A stretch of DNA of 64,000 nt, taken from NCBI GenBank assembly GCA_046563655.1, contig CM102285.1:10354001-10418000 (forward strand), in the 5' to 3' direction. A program made the position numbers and the translations under genes. This DNA comes from Yuukianura sp. NJ FZ-2021 (Eukaryota). Below the pieces are notes generated by a model, which saw only the letters and a program-made list of their open reading frames with translations, was not told the origin of the DNA and did no database searches. Shown piece by piece: positions 62,436 through 64,000 of the stretch; the first letter of the stretch is position 1, and each line of letters begins with the position of its first letter.

Positions 62436-63892
62436 ATTCAAAGCAAAATAAAAAGAAAACTACCACTCGTGCCAACCTAACCTTGAAACAACCTTGAATT
62501 GTTTCTACAGAGTAATTTCTATCGAAAAGACGAATGATTGCTATCATTTTTTATTCTGCTATAACAATTTCAGCTGTCGGTTGGAGTAACTTTTGTAAAA
62601 ACGCCAGTTTTTGCTGATTGATCGGTAGAAAAACTCCAAGGATTTTAGATTTTTCAAGGCTAGGTCGATAGGGGTAGTAGTTAATTACAATAAAATTCAA
62701 CATGGGATTCGAACGAGTCAGCGACAGTGACTAAATTCTACCAAATGTTTCATTGAAAACATCCTAGTTCGACTTTCAAAATTTTTCGAGCGACTTGGTA
62801 TAGATTTAGTTAATTATTTCAGAGAAAAACATTCAATTTCTCATTTCGTACCCATAAGGAAGACAATTGACGCGTCCTTTTTGAATTTGGTGCAATTATC
62901 AAATTTAAAAGTGAAAGTTGTTGATGTGGCACTGACGTCATCCCTACAGATTTTATCACCCCTTGGTTGAAGTAAGGTGCACCGGGATTAAACTAGAACA
63001 GTGCAAACCGAGGCTAATAAGTAATAAAATAACTGACTAAAGGCAGTGTTTAATAGGTGATTAATAGAACAAATGCCTAATTATTAAGGTGATTCAAAGC
63101 TAAAATTGTGTTGGTAATGCAATCGCTTAACGAAGTAAACACACATTTTCATGTTTAGTTCGTTCTGTATTAGTGTTGCATAAACATGGGGTTCGCCTCA
63201 GGTCAACAATATTTTGCACTGAATTTGGTCCACCTGCTCCAGCTGCTTTGAAAGATAAGGGGAAGTGTTGTAACTGTGAAAACCAGCACCTCATCCTCTC
63301 AGCCCACTTAACAGTAACACCTATCGATACTCTACTGGTACTTGACAGCAAGTGAGGACGTCGAGGGTGGTCGGTTCGTTGTCCATGGTCTTGGTCATCC
63401 CATCTCATTCAGTTTTCATTCGTCGTCGTCCCCCGATATTATGGTAAGTCAAATTTGCCTCATAAACGAAGTCTTAAGCCTGGTTTTATATAGGTTACAT
63501 TATAATAATTATTCTAGGGTTCCGTAACCCTGTAATTGGAATGCGGAACTTTAATAAGTGAACTTTCACTTTCGTTGCATGGAATTTTCAAGAGAGTTCC
63601 AGCGGAAAGCTTGTAGTGTCGCTATAATTCTGTCTTTTAATTTCTTTTCAGTTGTAACGTTCGCTGGCCTGCTGCGTGAGTGAGTGATGACCTTTTGCTT
63701 TTAGTGACCACAGACAGACAGACCATAGTTCAAGAAAGAAGGGGTCACGATTACACGAATCTTTTGAAGAGCGAAGTTATCATCTTTCCGTTTCCGAGGA
63801 TTTCCATTCATTCCTTATTTATACTCTACGCTGTACTGCTGCTCGTAGTGGATAATTTTGAGGTTGTTCAACTCAACCTATTCAATTGAACT

Positions 63893-63952
63893 ATGGCCAG
63901 TCCTCGCACTAGAAGAGCCCTTCAAGACTTAAAACATAAGGATGAAAATAGC
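63893..63952 (+). CDS. ArfGAP1: ArfGAP1, first coding exon; the gene continues beyond the window
   Basis: MASPRTRRALQDLKHKDENS|gtaag matches the conserved ArfGAP1 N-terminus MASPRTR(K/R)VL...DENN. Confidence 0.85.
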
Positions 63953-64000
63953 GTAAGATTCTTTCCATATGTTTTGATTTCATTGAGGAAAGTAGGGATG

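Noticed and set aside
62700..62750. tRNA gene or tRNA-derived SINE (minus-strand gttcgaatccc B-box, tggtagaa A-box-like)
   Set aside because: No acceptor or anticodon stems can be formed. At most a decayed fragment.

Overview
AT-rich, gene-dense eukaryotic DNA with short GT-AG introns, most likely from an arthropod. A basal hexapod such as a springtail is plausible but is only inference. I reconstructed gene models by hand from splice sites and reading-frame phase. Plus strand: multiplexin (collagen XV/XVIII type), an IGF2BP/Imp-like gene lacking KH3-4, Syntaxin 5, CCDC13, two tandem arylsulfatase B-like genes, histidine decarboxylase, a MOGAT/DGAT2 acyltransferase and the first exon of ArfGAP1. 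Minus strand: GILT, an atypical alpha-crystallin-domain protein, a divergent Rpn12, a 2-TM protein, Snakeskin, NFAT, an orphan ORF and a RING-HC protein. At least eight MITE or foldback elements are present, including one nested insertion with an intact 8-bp TSD. I found no rRNA, intact tRNA, CRISPR array or prokaryotic system. The most novel-looking signals are: the truncated Imp paralog with a tandem double palindrome (paired EcRE-like IR1 sites or a pre-miRNA-like hairpin) in its 5' intron; single-triplet 9-nt collagen microexons; and a compact CCDC13/sHSP-like/Rpn12-like neighbourhood. All identities come from remembered family motifs, not from database searches.
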